Program-made: the position numbers and the translations under genes
The notes under the pieces: generated by a model
Database searches by the model: none
The model's input: only the letters and a program-made list of their open reading frames with translations
Told to the model about the DNA's origin: nothing
Origin: Bacteroidales bacterium
GTDB taxonomy: Bacteria > Bacteroidota > Bacteroidia > Bacteroidales > VadinHA17
DNA length: 64,000 bases
Assembly (NCBI GenBank): GCA_040769065.1
Contig: JAXGLU010000001.1
Span: forward strand, 2,783,556 to 2,847,555
Direction of reading: 5' to 3'
Shown: positions 46,584-55,658 of the stretch, one piece after another
Position numbering within the stretch: position 1 is the first letter of the stretch
How the letters are laid out: the number at the start of each line of letters is the position of its first letter

Positions 46584-46961
46584 AATCGTATGTTGTTATT
46601 TGTCATTTATTGGGTGTAGCCAATTCGTTTATATATGTATAACAACTTCCATAATCTCCCTCCGGAGATATTATATGAATTCGTCTATGAATTTACAAAT
46701 TTAATTGTCTCGAGCCGTTTTTTACACAGTCCTTTCCTGTTGATCACAAAAGAGAATCCCGCCACTCCTTATAAATTATCCGATATATGGGAGTTCTAAA
46801 GATAACGTCACTAAATATCGGTTATCGTGTAAAGAAAGGGAGCCAATTTGTACTGATCCCCTCATAAAAAATAGTTGTTTTCAAATTAACAGCACTAATC
46901 CTTAACCTGGAATTTTATCAGACTGCCCTGCTCTTATCCCCAAAGGAACTTTTTACACAAG

Positions 46962-47008
46962 AGGCAAAAAACAAAAAATCCTGTAAACTTTAAGTGATAC
47001 AGGATTTT
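46962..47008 (-). terminator. intrinsic terminator downstream of tRNA-Ala
   Basis: Reverse strand reads AAAATCCTGTA-TCACTTAAAGTT-TACAGGATTTT, followed by TTGTTTTTTGCC. This is an 11-bp stem plus a T-rich tract. Confidence 0.6.
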
Positions 47009-47029
47009 GTATTAACATGCCTTGTGTTC

Positions 47030-47106
47030 TGGTGGAGATTAGGGGAATCGAACCCCTGACCTTTTGACTGCCAGTCAAACGCTCTAGCCAACTGAGCTAA
47101 ACCCCC
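47030..47106 (-). tRNA. tRNA-Ala (anticodon GGC), CCA encoded
   Basis: Reverse strand reads GGGGGTT TA GCTC AGTTGGCTA GAGC G TTTGA CTGGCAG TCAAA AGGTC AGGGG TTCGATT CCCCT AATCTCC A CCA. It folds as a cloverleaf with the G3:U70 alanine identity pair. Confidence 0.93.
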
Positions 47107-47362
47107 CTTCAATATGTCAAAATTTCATATGCGACCAGCCGATCTAAAATCCCGGTCAGTAAACGGCAAATGTAATAAAAATCGGAAAATAACAAAACAG
47201 TCCTTAAATGCTGTTATTTATTACTTTGCTGTAAAGATGTGATTTTGTAATTTTGGCACTGATTTGAAAAAACCATTTTACCGTTGTTGCGCAAGCTGCG
47301 ATTTTTGGCATCGGAATTGACATGTAATTGAATATGTACTGAAAAACAGGAAGTGCTCGAGA

Positions 47363-48196
47363 GTGAAAAACCGGAACAGAGATAAGCAATCAAGTGTCAA
47401 TAACGATAAACATTCCTTCAGGATAAAGGATTTCGACGACCTGGTCTTTGAGAACAGGAACAGGGAATACGGAGCATATAAACTGCGCAAAAGATATAAC
47501 CGGGCCCTTCTGACCGGTGTAATCATAGGCTCTTTGCTAATGACTGCCGTAGTTCTCATCCCTTTTTTAAAGAGGCCCCCGGTCGACCGGATACTTAGCG
47601 GAGGCGCTGGATTTAGATCGGTTCAGATGGAAAACTACATGCCTCCCGAGGAAGAGATATATGTACCGCCGGCACCTCCCCCTCCTCCACAGCAGGAGAA
47701 GATTCAGGAATCAGTGAAATATGTTCCGCCGGTGGTGGTAGATACTGTTCCTGCCCTGGAACAGGCTCCGGCAACTATTGATGAGGTCCTTGCCGGCACC
47801 GATGTTGAAGACCTGACAATAACAGGTACGGGAGGAAGCGGAGGCGGTGACCTGAATGGTTATGGCAGCGGTGATACCGGAGAACCGTTCTTCATAGTTG
47901 AAGTGATGCCGCTTTTCAGGGGAGGAGACCTGAATAAATTCAGGGAATGGGTCCAGAAACGTACTAACTATCCTGAGGAGGCAATTCAAAAGAAAATAAA
48001 AGGCCGCGTATTCCTGACCTTTATCGTTGAACCCGACGGTTCGGTAACAAATGTAACAGTGGTAAAAGGCGTAGCGCCGATTATTGACAATGAAGCCGTT
48101 AAGGCAATTCAGGCTTCGCCTAAATGGAGCCCCGGACTGCAGAGAGGCCAGCCCGTAAGAGTAAGGTTCTCAATGTGGCTGAACTTTGTGTTTTGA
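47363..48196 (+). CDS. tonB: TonB-family energy transducer
   Basis: 277 aa with a GTG start. It has a TM anchor (LLTGVIIGSLLMTAVVLIPFL), a Pro-rich linker (PPAPPPPPQQ) and a TonB C-terminal domain (GRVFLTFIVEPDGSVTNVTVVKG...). Confidence 0.8.
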   Translation: MKNRNRDKQSSVNNDKHSFRIKDFDDLVFENRNREYGAYKLRKRYNRALLTGVIIGSLLMTAVVLIPFLKRPPVDRILSGGAGFRSVQMENYMPPEEEIYVPPAPPPPPQQEKIQESVKYVPPVVVDTVPALEQAPATIDEVLAGTDVEDLTITGTGGSGGGDLNGYGSGDTGEPFFIVEVMPLFRGGDLNKFREWVQKRTNYPEEAIQKKIKGRVFLTFIVEPDGSVTNVTVVKGVAPIIDNEAVKAIQASPKWSPGLQRGQPVRVRFSMWLNFVF

Positions 48197-48378
48197 CAGG
48201 TATTAACTTGCTGACCACTTGACCGGTTTCAGACAATTTATGTATTATTCCTGCGTTTAAATGACAATTAATGTAATTTTGGTATTAAGCTTTCATCCGA
48301 CATAAAGCGGAACAATAAAAAACGATAAAGATTCCATAAGAACTACTTAATTTACAATCATATAATATTATTTCCATT

Positions 48379-49551
48379 ATGAAACGGCTGATTCCTTTTC
48401 TACTTATTACAGTTTTGCTTGCTTCAGCATGCGGGTCATCAAAGAAAAGCCTTGAAAGGGGCGATTATGATTCAGCTATTATGCAGGCAGTGAAAAAGCT
48501 CCGGAAAGATCCCGGTGATGATAAGCAGATCGCTATACTCGAGCGTTCTTATAAAATCGTAAATGAAGAGGACAACGAAAGGATAAGGTTCCTGAAAATG
48601 GAAGGAAAACAGGAAAACTGGGATGAGATCTACCTGATCAATAAAAATATGGCCGACAGGCAGACGCTTGTCCGTTCTGTTACCCCCTTACACAAAAATG
48701 GAAGAACCATCGATTTCCCCTTTGTTGACTATCTTCCTGAAATGGTAGCCGCAAAACGCAAGTCGGCCGATTTCTACTATGCTCATGGAAATGAACTGAT
48801 GAAGAGTGGGCTGAAGGATTCATACCGCCAGGCTTTTTATGAATTTGTCAGGGCCAAGGAATATGTTGGAGATTATGAAGGCATCGACAACAAGATTCAG
48901 GAAGCCAAATATCTTGGGATGAGCAGGGTTATGGTAACCTTTCAGAATAAATCACTTTCACAGTATCCCCGGGAATTTGAAGAAGGAATCCTCGCCCTTG
49001 ACCTGCCCCGCCTTAACAGTGAGTGGGTGGAATACCACACCGAGAACCTGGACGGGAATACCGAGTATGATTATTTTGTGAATATTGTTATCAGAAACAT
49101 TGCCGTTAGCCCTGACCAGACATTGCAGAGGGATTCAGTAATTAAACGCAATGTTGAGGATGGATTCAGCTATCAGCTCGACAATAGGGGCAATGTTATG
49201 AAGGATTCCCTGGGCAACGATATTAAGACAAAGAAATATAAAACACTCCAGTGCGCTCTTATTGAAACGGTACAGACAAAAATATGCAGGATAGAGGGTG
49301 ATGTGGAATTGCTCCAGCTCAATCCCAGCAAGGCGATCAGGAAAGAGCCAATAGGTGCTGAAACGGGCTTTGAACATGTATCTGCCAGGGCACTGGGCGA
49401 CACGGGGGCATTGAATGCAACTCAGCTTGCCAAAACCAGGGTTAAGCCTCTTCCGTTCCCAACCGATACTGAAATGATAATCCGTTGTACTGACATACTC
49501 AAGAGGGCAATAGATGATGCCATGCGGAGCAATAAACGGTTTATTCTCTAA
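48379..49551 (+). CDS. hypothetical lipoprotein
   Basis: 390 aa. The lipoprotein signal is LLITVLLASAC. No family recognised. Confidence 0.55.
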   Translation: MKRLIPFLLITVLLASACGSSKKSLERGDYDSAIMQAVKKLRKDPGDDKQIAILERSYKIVNEEDNERIRFLKMEGKQENWDEIYLINKNMADRQTLVRSVTPLHKNGRTIDFPFVDYLPEMVAAKRKSADFYYAHGNELMKSGLKDSYRQAFYEFVRAKEYVGDYEGIDNKIQEAKYLGMSRVMVTFQNKSLSQYPREFEEGILALDLPRLNSEWVEYHTENLDGNTEYDYFVNIVIRNIAVSPDQTLQRDSVIKRNVEDGFSYQLDNRGNVMKDSLGNDIKTKKYKTLQCALIETVQTKICRIEGDVELLQLNPSKAIRKEPIGAETGFEHVSARALGDTGALNATQLAKTRVKPLPFPTDTEMIIRCTDILKRAIDDAMRSNKRFIL

Positions 49552-50778
49552 ATGACCGGTACCGGAACAGAAAAGCTGAAAGCAATTCTTGTCGGATTGG
49601 TTTACCCTGGCCAGAAGGAAGAGGAGGCTAAAGAATATCTTGACGAACTATCGTTTCTTACTGAAACAGCAGGTGCTGAACCATATGCCCGTTTCCTCCA
49701 GAAACTCGAAATGCCCGATCCCCGTACCTTTGTCGGATCGGGGAAAATACAGGAGATCGCTGCATTTGTTTCGGCGCACAATATCGGACTTGCTATCTTC
49801 GACGATGAACTCACTCCGGGTCAGTTAAGGAACATTGAAAAACACCTGGAATGCAGGATCCTTGACAGGACCAATCTTATTCTAGATATATTCGCCAGCC
49901 GCGCAAGAACCTCCCATGCAAAAACCCAGGTGGAGCTTGCACAATACCAGTATCTGCTTCCCAGACTAGCCGGAATGTGGACCCACCTTGAGAGGCAACG
50001 TGGAGGTATAGGACTGAGAGGGCCGGGTGAAACGGAAATCGAAACCGACAGGAGAATAATAAGGGATAAGATTGCATTGCTTAAACAACGCCTGAAAAAG
50101 ATTGACATACAGATGTCAACACAGCGGAAAAACCGCGGTCAGATGGTGAGGGCTGCCATTGTCGGATACACCAATGCTGGCAAATCAACTTTGATGAATC
50201 TGCTGAGCAAATCGGACGTTTTTGCTGAAGATAAACTCTTTGCAACGCTCGATACAACTGTGCGAAAGGTGGTCATCGGCAACCTTCCTTTCCTGCTGTC
50301 CGATACAGTCGGCTTTATAAGGAAGCTGCCCCACCATCTTGTGGAATCTTTCAAGTCAACACTCGATGAAGTCCGTGAATCGGACCTGCTTCTGCATGTT
50401 GTTGATATTTCTCATCCCGGATTCGAGGAACAGATGAATACTGTCAATGACACGCTGCAGCAGCTGAAATCCGAAAACAAACCCCTTGTAATTGTTTTTA
50501 ACAAAACTGATCTGTTCACATACGTATCAAAGGATGAGGATGACCTTAGCCCCGCCACTAAAGAAAATTATTCGCTCAATTACCTGAGAAAAACATGGAT
50601 GGCTTCGGAAGCAAATCACCGGGTTGTTTTTATCTCAGCTAAAACCAGGGACAATATTGAAGAATTACGAAAGATACTTTATGAAGAAGTTAAGCGAATC
50701 CATATCACAAGGTATCCGTATAACAATTTTCTTTATCAGCCTGAAGAGCAGAAAAGTGAACCGGAAGAGCCGGCCTGA
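49552..50778 (+). CDS. hflX: GTPase HflX
   Basis: 408 aa. It has an HflX N-terminal domain. G1 is VGYTNAGKSTLMN. The following motif is DTVGFIRKLPHHLVESFKSTL. G4 is FNKTD. Confidence 0.9.
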   Translation: MTGTGTEKLKAILVGLVYPGQKEEEAKEYLDELSFLTETAGAEPYARFLQKLEMPDPRTFVGSGKIQEIAAFVSAHNIGLAIFDDELTPGQLRNIEKHLECRILDRTNLILDIFASRARTSHAKTQVELAQYQYLLPRLAGMWTHLERQRGGIGLRGPGETEIETDRRIIRDKIALLKQRLKKIDIQMSTQRKNRGQMVRAAIVGYTNAGKSTLMNLLSKSDVFAEDKLFATLDTTVRKVVIGNLPFLLSDTVGFIRKLPHHLVESFKSTLDEVRESDLLLHVVDISHPGFEEQMNTVNDTLQQLKSENKPLVIVFNKTDLFTYVSKDEDDLSPATKENYSLNYLRKTWMASEANHRVVFISAKTRDNIEELRKILYEEVKRIHITRYPYNNFLYQPEEQKSEPEEPA

Positions 50779-50898
50779 TTTTCTACATACCTCATCCTCA
50801 TACGGAAATTGCACAAAAAAGGCTTTCCCGGATTATCCTATGAATTTATCAGTCTTCTGACGGTAAAGGAGGAGCTCAGGGTATCCCCGGAACACCGG

Positions 50899-51888
50899 CT
50901 ACAGCAGGTTAGCTGCAATGTATTCGGCTATCTGCACTGCATTTGTGGCAGCACCTTTCCTGATATTGTCCGATACTATCCACAGGTTCAGGCATTTTTC
51001 CCTTGAATGATCCCGCCGGATCCTTCCAACGAATACCTCGTCCCTGTTATGTGCTGTCAACGGCATCGGATACTTGCATTCGGCAGGGTCGTCATATACG
51101 ACAACACCCGGAAACTGGCCGATAAGCGTTCGAACATCATCAATGTCGAAATCATTTTCAAACTCAATATTTACAGCTTCGGAATGCCCTCCCACAACGG
51201 GAATCCTCACAACGGTGGCAGTAACCTGTATGCTTTCATCTTCAAGAATCTTCCTGGTCTCATCAAGCAGTTTCTGCTCCTCGGTAGTATATCCGTCACT
51301 CTGGAAGGAGCCGCCGTGAGGGAAGCAATTCAGATCTATCTGGTATTTGTATGCCATTTCCCCTTTTATGCCGCGTCTCTCATTTTCCATCTGAGTTACT
51401 GCTTTCACTCCGGTTCCGGTCACCGACTGATAGGTTGCCACAACAAGACGCCTGATCCGGTATTTCCTGTGAAGCGGAGCAAGTGCCATAACCATTTGAG
51501 TGGTTGAGCAGTTGGGATTCGCTATAAGCCTGTCACCTTTCTTTATTGCATGGCTGTTGATCTCGGGTACGACAAGCGGAACATCTTTATCCATACGCCA
51601 TGCGGATGAGTTGTCTATTACAATTGAACCGTTATCGGCAAAAGCCCGAGCCCATTCTTTCGATATTGACGCTCCGGCTGAAAATATTGCAAATACAGGT
51701 TTGGCTTCCACAGCTTCCATAACACTCACCACCTTTACGGGTTTCCCTTTGAAAAGGATCTCTTTTCCAACCGATCTCTCCGATGCGGCAGGGATTAATT
51801 CTGTTAAGGGGAAATTCCTTTCCTCAAGCACTCTGATCATTGTCTGACCTACCATTCCGGTGGCGCCAACAACAGCTGTTTTCATCAT
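50899..51888 (-). CDS. asd: aspartate-semialdehyde dehydrogenase
   Basis: The track ORF begins at 51924, inside the upstream cassette. The real start is MMKTAVVGATGMVGQ (51888 or 51885). The active-site context is IANPNCSTTQMV. Confidence 0.9.
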   Translation of the reverse strand: MMKTAVVGATGMVGQTMIRVLEERNFPLTELIPAASERSVGKEILFKGKPVKVVSVMEAVEAKPVFAIFSAGASISKEWARAFADNGSIVIDNSSAWRMDKDVPLVVPEINSHAIKKGDRLIANPNCSTTQMVMALAPLHRKYRIRRLVVATYQSVTGTGVKAVTQMENERRGIKGEMAYKYQIDLNCFPHGGSFQSDGYTTEEQKLLDETRKILEDESIQVTATVVRIPVVGGHSEAVNIEFENDFDIDDVRTLIGQFPGVVVYDDPAECKYPMPLTAHNRDEVFVGRIRRDHSREKCLNLWIVSDNIRKGAATNAVQIAEYIAANLL

Positions 51889-51981
51889 AATATTTGATTT
51901 TAACGGTATGATGAAACCGAACATGATTGGAAAATAAATTCATTATATGTTTGCGTTTGAATTTTATCATGCGGATCTCAT
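51889..51981 (-). promoter_or_regulatory. start-codon-abutting palindromic cassette, copy C7 (most diverged arms)
   Basis: Reverse strand reads ATGAGATCCGCATGATAAAATTCAAACGCAAACATATAATGAATTTATTTTCCAATCATGTTCGGTTTCATCATACCGTTAAAATCAAATATT followed directly by ATGATGAAAACA of asd. Confidence 0.7.
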
Positions 51982-52073
51982 CTTTTAATTTGTAAAGATT
52001 AAAGTAATTTTCTATATTTACTGTTAAGAAAAGCCGTTAAAAATAACGTTTTTTTTACAATTCGTCTCGCTGC

Positions 52074-53771
52074 ATGAAAAAAGTTATATTACTGGCCTTG
52101 CTGGTGCCTGCTATGGTATCCGGCCAGGTAAATGAATTGACCGGTCATATTCTTATAACAGAGCTTATGGCTGATCCTGATCCTGTTGTCTCTCTGCCCG
52201 ATAAGGAATATATCGAAATCGGTAATATTGCAACTTTCGATGTTGATATTGGTAAATGGTCGCTTCTGGCGGGCGACCATGAAATTGCCATTCCCGGTTT
52301 TACAATTTATGCCGGTGAGTATGTAATACTTACATCTGTAAAGGATACCGCTGTTTTTGCAGGATATGGTAAAGTGATAGGAATGAAATCTTTTCCGGCT
52401 TTGGTCAATAAGGGAATGATCCTGGCGCTTAAGAACGACAAGGGAGAACTGATACATGGTATCGAATATTCTCAAAAATGGTATTGCAATGAATTGAAGT
52501 CGGAAGGCGGCTGGTCGCTCGAGATGATTGATGCCGCTTATCCTTTCCAGTTCGATGGAAACTGGAAAGAATCAGTATCGAGGTCAGGAGGGACACCGGG
52601 AACAAAAAACTCAGTTTCGCGTGAGAATAGGGATATTGTTTTTACCGGTATAGTGAATGCGTTCCCCGACGATAGTCTTTCTGTCAGGGTAAGATTCAGC
52701 GAACCTGTCTTTTGTGTTCCGGAGTTAACTGGCGGGATCAGAATAAACAGTAAGCCGGTGAAATCTGTTGAGGCAGCAGATCCTCTTCTCAGGGAGTACA
52801 TCATTGTACCGGAAGTTTTTATTGAAAGAGGCAGGATTCACACCCTGAGTTTTCCTGAAGACCTGGCCGATGTTGCCGGAAACAGGGCTGACCGTATGTC
52901 ATATGACTTTGGCATACCCGGGGATGCTGCCGAAGGCGATATCCTTTTCAACGAGGTTCTTTTTAATCCGATGCCCGGAGATCCTGATTATATAGAATTC
53001 TACAACAATTCAGAAAAGATAATTGATGCTGCACGTCTGATACTTGTATCGGTTAATCAGTCGGGTGATACTTCGTCGGTTGTTTTTGTGTCTGAAGAGC
53101 ACCGCTGCATTATGCCGGGTGATTATTACGCTATTACCGTTAACAGGGAAAGAATACTTCAGGCCTATCCTTTTTCCGATCCGGAGCACATCTTTGAAAC
53201 TGGGTCTCTTCCTTCGATGCCTGACAACAAGGGTCATCTGATACTTATGACAAGGGAGCTCGATATTGTTGATGAATTAATTTATGATGATGACATGCAT
53301 TATCCCCTGCTTGTGTCGGATGATGGAGTTGCTTTAGAGAAGATTATGCCCGGAGGTGCCTCGGCAGACAGGTCAAACTGGCATTCTGCTGCCGCGACGT
53401 CAAACTGGGGAACTCCGGGCGCGGCTAATTCTGTTGTGGCTGAAACGCCGGTAAGCAAAGACGGAATAGCATTGTCTTCAACCAGAATCAGTCCTGATAA
53501 TGACGGATATGAAGATATTCTTACAATAAGTCTGTCCTTAACAGAAACAGGAAATTTAGTTTCGGCTGAGATTTTTGATGAGACAGGCACGTTTGTTAAA
53601 AGCCTTGCCGGCAACCTGCTGGCAGGGCCTGATGTATCACTTAACTGGGATGGAACAGCAAAAGATGGTTCACTGGTTGACTCCGGTATCTATATAATAT
53701 TTGTTTCAGCCCTCAATCCCGGCGGCAAAACCATCCAATGGAAAAAAGTATGCTCTGTACTTAGGAGATAA
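52074..53771 (+). CDS. secreted protein with two lamin-tail-domain-like (LTD) modules
   Basis: 565 aa with a signal peptide. There are two segments of the type ILITELMADPDP...EYIEIGN and ILFNEVLFNPMPGDPDYIEFYN. The C-terminal part is Ig-like. The family call is from memory. Confidence 0.4.
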   Translation: MKKVILLALLVPAMVSGQVNELTGHILITELMADPDPVVSLPDKEYIEIGNIATFDVDIGKWSLLAGDHEIAIPGFTIYAGEYVILTSVKDTAVFAGYGKVIGMKSFPALVNKGMILALKNDKGELIHGIEYSQKWYCNELKSEGGWSLEMIDAAYPFQFDGNWKESVSRSGGTPGTKNSVSRENRDIVFTGIVNAFPDDSLSVRVRFSEPVFCVPELTGGIRINSKPVKSVEAADPLLREYIIVPEVFIERGRIHTLSFPEDLADVAGNRADRMSYDFGIPGDAAEGDILFNEVLFNPMPGDPDYIEFYNNSEKIIDAARLILVSVNQSGDTSSVVFVSEEHRCIMPGDYYAITVNRERILQAYPFSDPEHIFETGSLPSMPDNKGHLILMTRELDIVDELIYDDDMHYPLLVSDDGVALEKIMPGGASADRSNWHSAAATSNWGTPGAANSVVAETPVSKDGIALSSTRISPDNDGYEDILTISLSLTETGNLVSAEIFDETGTFVKSLAGNLLAGPDVSLNWDGTAKDGSLVDSGIYIIFVSALNPGGKTIQWKKVCSVLRR

Positions 53772-53788
53772 CTATTGAGGTTGAAAAT

Positions 53789-54604
53789 TTAGAAAGAATT
53801 TATCAGTTCAGTTATTATGACAGTCATGCGGGCTTCGGCTTTTTCAGCTTCTCTCTGCACCGATTCATGAGTTGTATACTCTATTTTGCCCTCAACACCC
53901 AGGTCGGTGATAATGCTTACTGCAAAACAGGGCAATCCCATGTGCCTTGCAAGAATAACCTCAGGAGTGGTTGACATCCCCACAGCATCTGCCCCTATAA
54001 TCCGGAAATATTTATATTCTGCAGGGGTCTCAAAGGTAGGTCCTGTTGTTGAAAGGTATACTCCCTTCTGTACCTTTATGCCGTTCTTCTCTGCTATTAT
54101 CTGGGCCTTGTCAATAAGCGATTTGTCATAAGCTTTGCCCATGTCGGGGAAGCGTGGCCCGATCCTGTTATCATTTCTCCCGATAAGCGGATTTGGAAGC
54201 AGGTTAATATGATCTGAAATAATCATTATATCACCTATCTGGAAGTCAGGATTAACTCCCCCCGCTGCGTTGGACAGGAATAATCCCCTGATTCCAAGGT
54301 ATTTCAGAACCCTTACCGGCAACGATATCTGTTCCGTGCCGTAACCTTCATAATAATGAAACCGCCCTTTCAGGGCTACGATTTTCCTGTTGCCTAAATC
54401 CCCATAGATTAATTTCCCTGCATGCCCTTCAACAGTGGAAAGAGGGAAATTGGGTATTGCGCTGTAATCTGTTTCAATCCGGTTTTCAATTTTTGTTGTA
54501 AGTCCACCCAGTCCGGTTCCCAGGATAATACCGGCGTCAGGATCCTTTATCCCTCTGCTTCTCAGAAACTCTACCGTTTCCTTTATTTTTTCCAGCATAC
54601 TCAA
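53789..54604 (-). CDS. purine nucleoside phosphorylase (PNP/MTAP family, trimeric type)
   Basis: 271 aa. Motifs: GIILGTGLGGL...GHAGKLIYG...GRFHYYEGY...SNAAGGVNP...TGPTFETPAEYKYFRIIGADAVGMSTTPEV. Confidence 0.88.
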   Translation of the reverse strand: MSMLEKIKETVEFLRSRGIKDPDAGIILGTGLGGLTTKIENRIETDYSAIPNFPLSTVEGHAGKLIYGDLGNRKIVALKGRFHYYEGYGTEQISLPVRVLKYLGIRGLFLSNAAGGVNPDFQIGDIMIISDHINLLPNPLIGRNDNRIGPRFPDMGKAYDKSLIDKAQIIAEKNGIKVQKGVYLSTTGPTFETPAEYKYFRIIGADAVGMSTTPEVILARHMGLPCFAVSIITDLGVEGKIEYTTHESVQREAEKAEARMTVIITELINSF

Positions 54605-55655
54605 GAATCAGATTGTCAAATTCAATATCTGTCCCGTTAAGGAATGCAACACCTGCGGGTATGTAGTAAAAAGCCCTTTTCAGGGGTTCTGCAATATTAC
54701 TAAAATATTTCAACCTTACTGAATCTTTTTCCGTGGTGATGGCATACTTAACAGGCGACCTCATTTTCTCCCATGCAATGAGCATCTTTTCATAATCGCC
54801 GGCCCTGTAGTTGTAATGATCAGGGTAATTCAGATGTACTATTTCCCCGAAGAAGTTCTCGAGATATCTCTTCAGCGGTTCGGGGGAAGCTATTCCTGTA
54901 ATTAAAAGCGCTCCGCTATTGGCATGCTCGAGATTCTCGGGAATAAGCTTATGCCGGACTGATCCTTCAAAAAGTGGACGTGGGCTTCCGTATGTTATTG
55001 AAGTGAAATAGACATTCTTTCCGGCTGAAGGGCCAAGACCGCGAAGGGCTGTTTTCATGTTCTCATTTGTGATGTCCGCGGGTGATTTGGTGAATATTAT
55101 TATATCAGCTCTCCGGAGGTTCTTTTTATTTTCCCTGAGATTGCCATATGGCAGGAGATGATCTGTTGAAAGCGGCCTGTTGTAATCGATCAGCACTATT
55201 GACAACCCCGGTTTTATACGCCTGTGCTGAAAGCCATCATCCATCAGGACAACTTGTATATCAGGATTATTTTGAAGTATTGAATTGACACCGTGCACCC
55301 GGTTATTATCCACTGCCACCATTACATCGGGGAATTTTTGCCAGATCTGGAATGATTCATCCCCAATATCGCTGACTGTAGTACCGGCTGTTGCCATTTG
55401 AAATCCGGCTGTTTTCCTCTTGTAGCCCCTGCTCAGCAAAGCCACTCTGAACCTGTCTTTCAGTAGCCTGATCAGGTATTCGGTAAGCGGCGTTTTGCCG
55501 GTTCCCCCGGCTGTAATATTGCCGGTACAAATTACAGGTATCTCAAACTCTGTTGAATGGAGGAAGCCTGAATCATATAGGTAATTCCTGATCCCGGTTA
55601 TCGATCCGTAAATAGATGCAAGAGGATAAAGAAGACAGGACCTGCTTTTTCCCAT
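54537..55655 (-). CDS. lpxK: tetraacyldisaccharide 4'-kinase
   Basis: 372 aa. The P-loop is GNITAGGTGKTP. The motif LSRGYKRK is present. The 3' end overlaps the annotated PNP start by 68 nt. Confidence 0.85.
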   Translation of the reverse strand: MGKSRSCLLYPLASIYGSITGIRNYLYDSGFLHSTEFEIPVICTGNITAGGTGKTPLTEYLIRLLKDRFRVALLSRGYKRKTAGFQMATAGTTVSDIGDESFQIWQKFPDVMVAVDNNRVHGVNSILQNNPDIQVVLMDDGFQHRRIKPGLSIVLIDYNRPLSTDHLLPYGNLRENKKNLRRADIIIFTKSPADITNENMKTALRGLGPSAGKNVYFTSITYGSPRPLFEGSVRHKLIPENLEHANSGALLITGIASPEPLKRYLENFFGEIVHLNYPDHYNYRAGDYEKMLIAWEKMRSPVKYAITTEKDSVRLKYFSNIAEPLKRAFYYIPAGVAFLNGTDIEFDNLILEYAGKNKGNGRVSEKQRDKGS

Positions 55656-55658
55656 GCT

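Noticed and set aside
47030-47106. Site-specific integration at tRNA-Ala with a duplicated att site.
   Set aside because: I looked for a second copy of the tRNA 3' end. The only other GGGGAATCGAACCCC occurs in the T-arm of tRNA-Glu (about 60999-61013). No integrase gene is present.
54537-54604. The 68-nt overlap between the lpxK 3' end and the PNP start as a special coupling or frameshift site.
   Set aside because: Same-strand overlaps of this size can result from start-codon choice or a non-conserved lpxK tail. Nothing in the sequence, such as a slippery site or a structure, suggests recoding.
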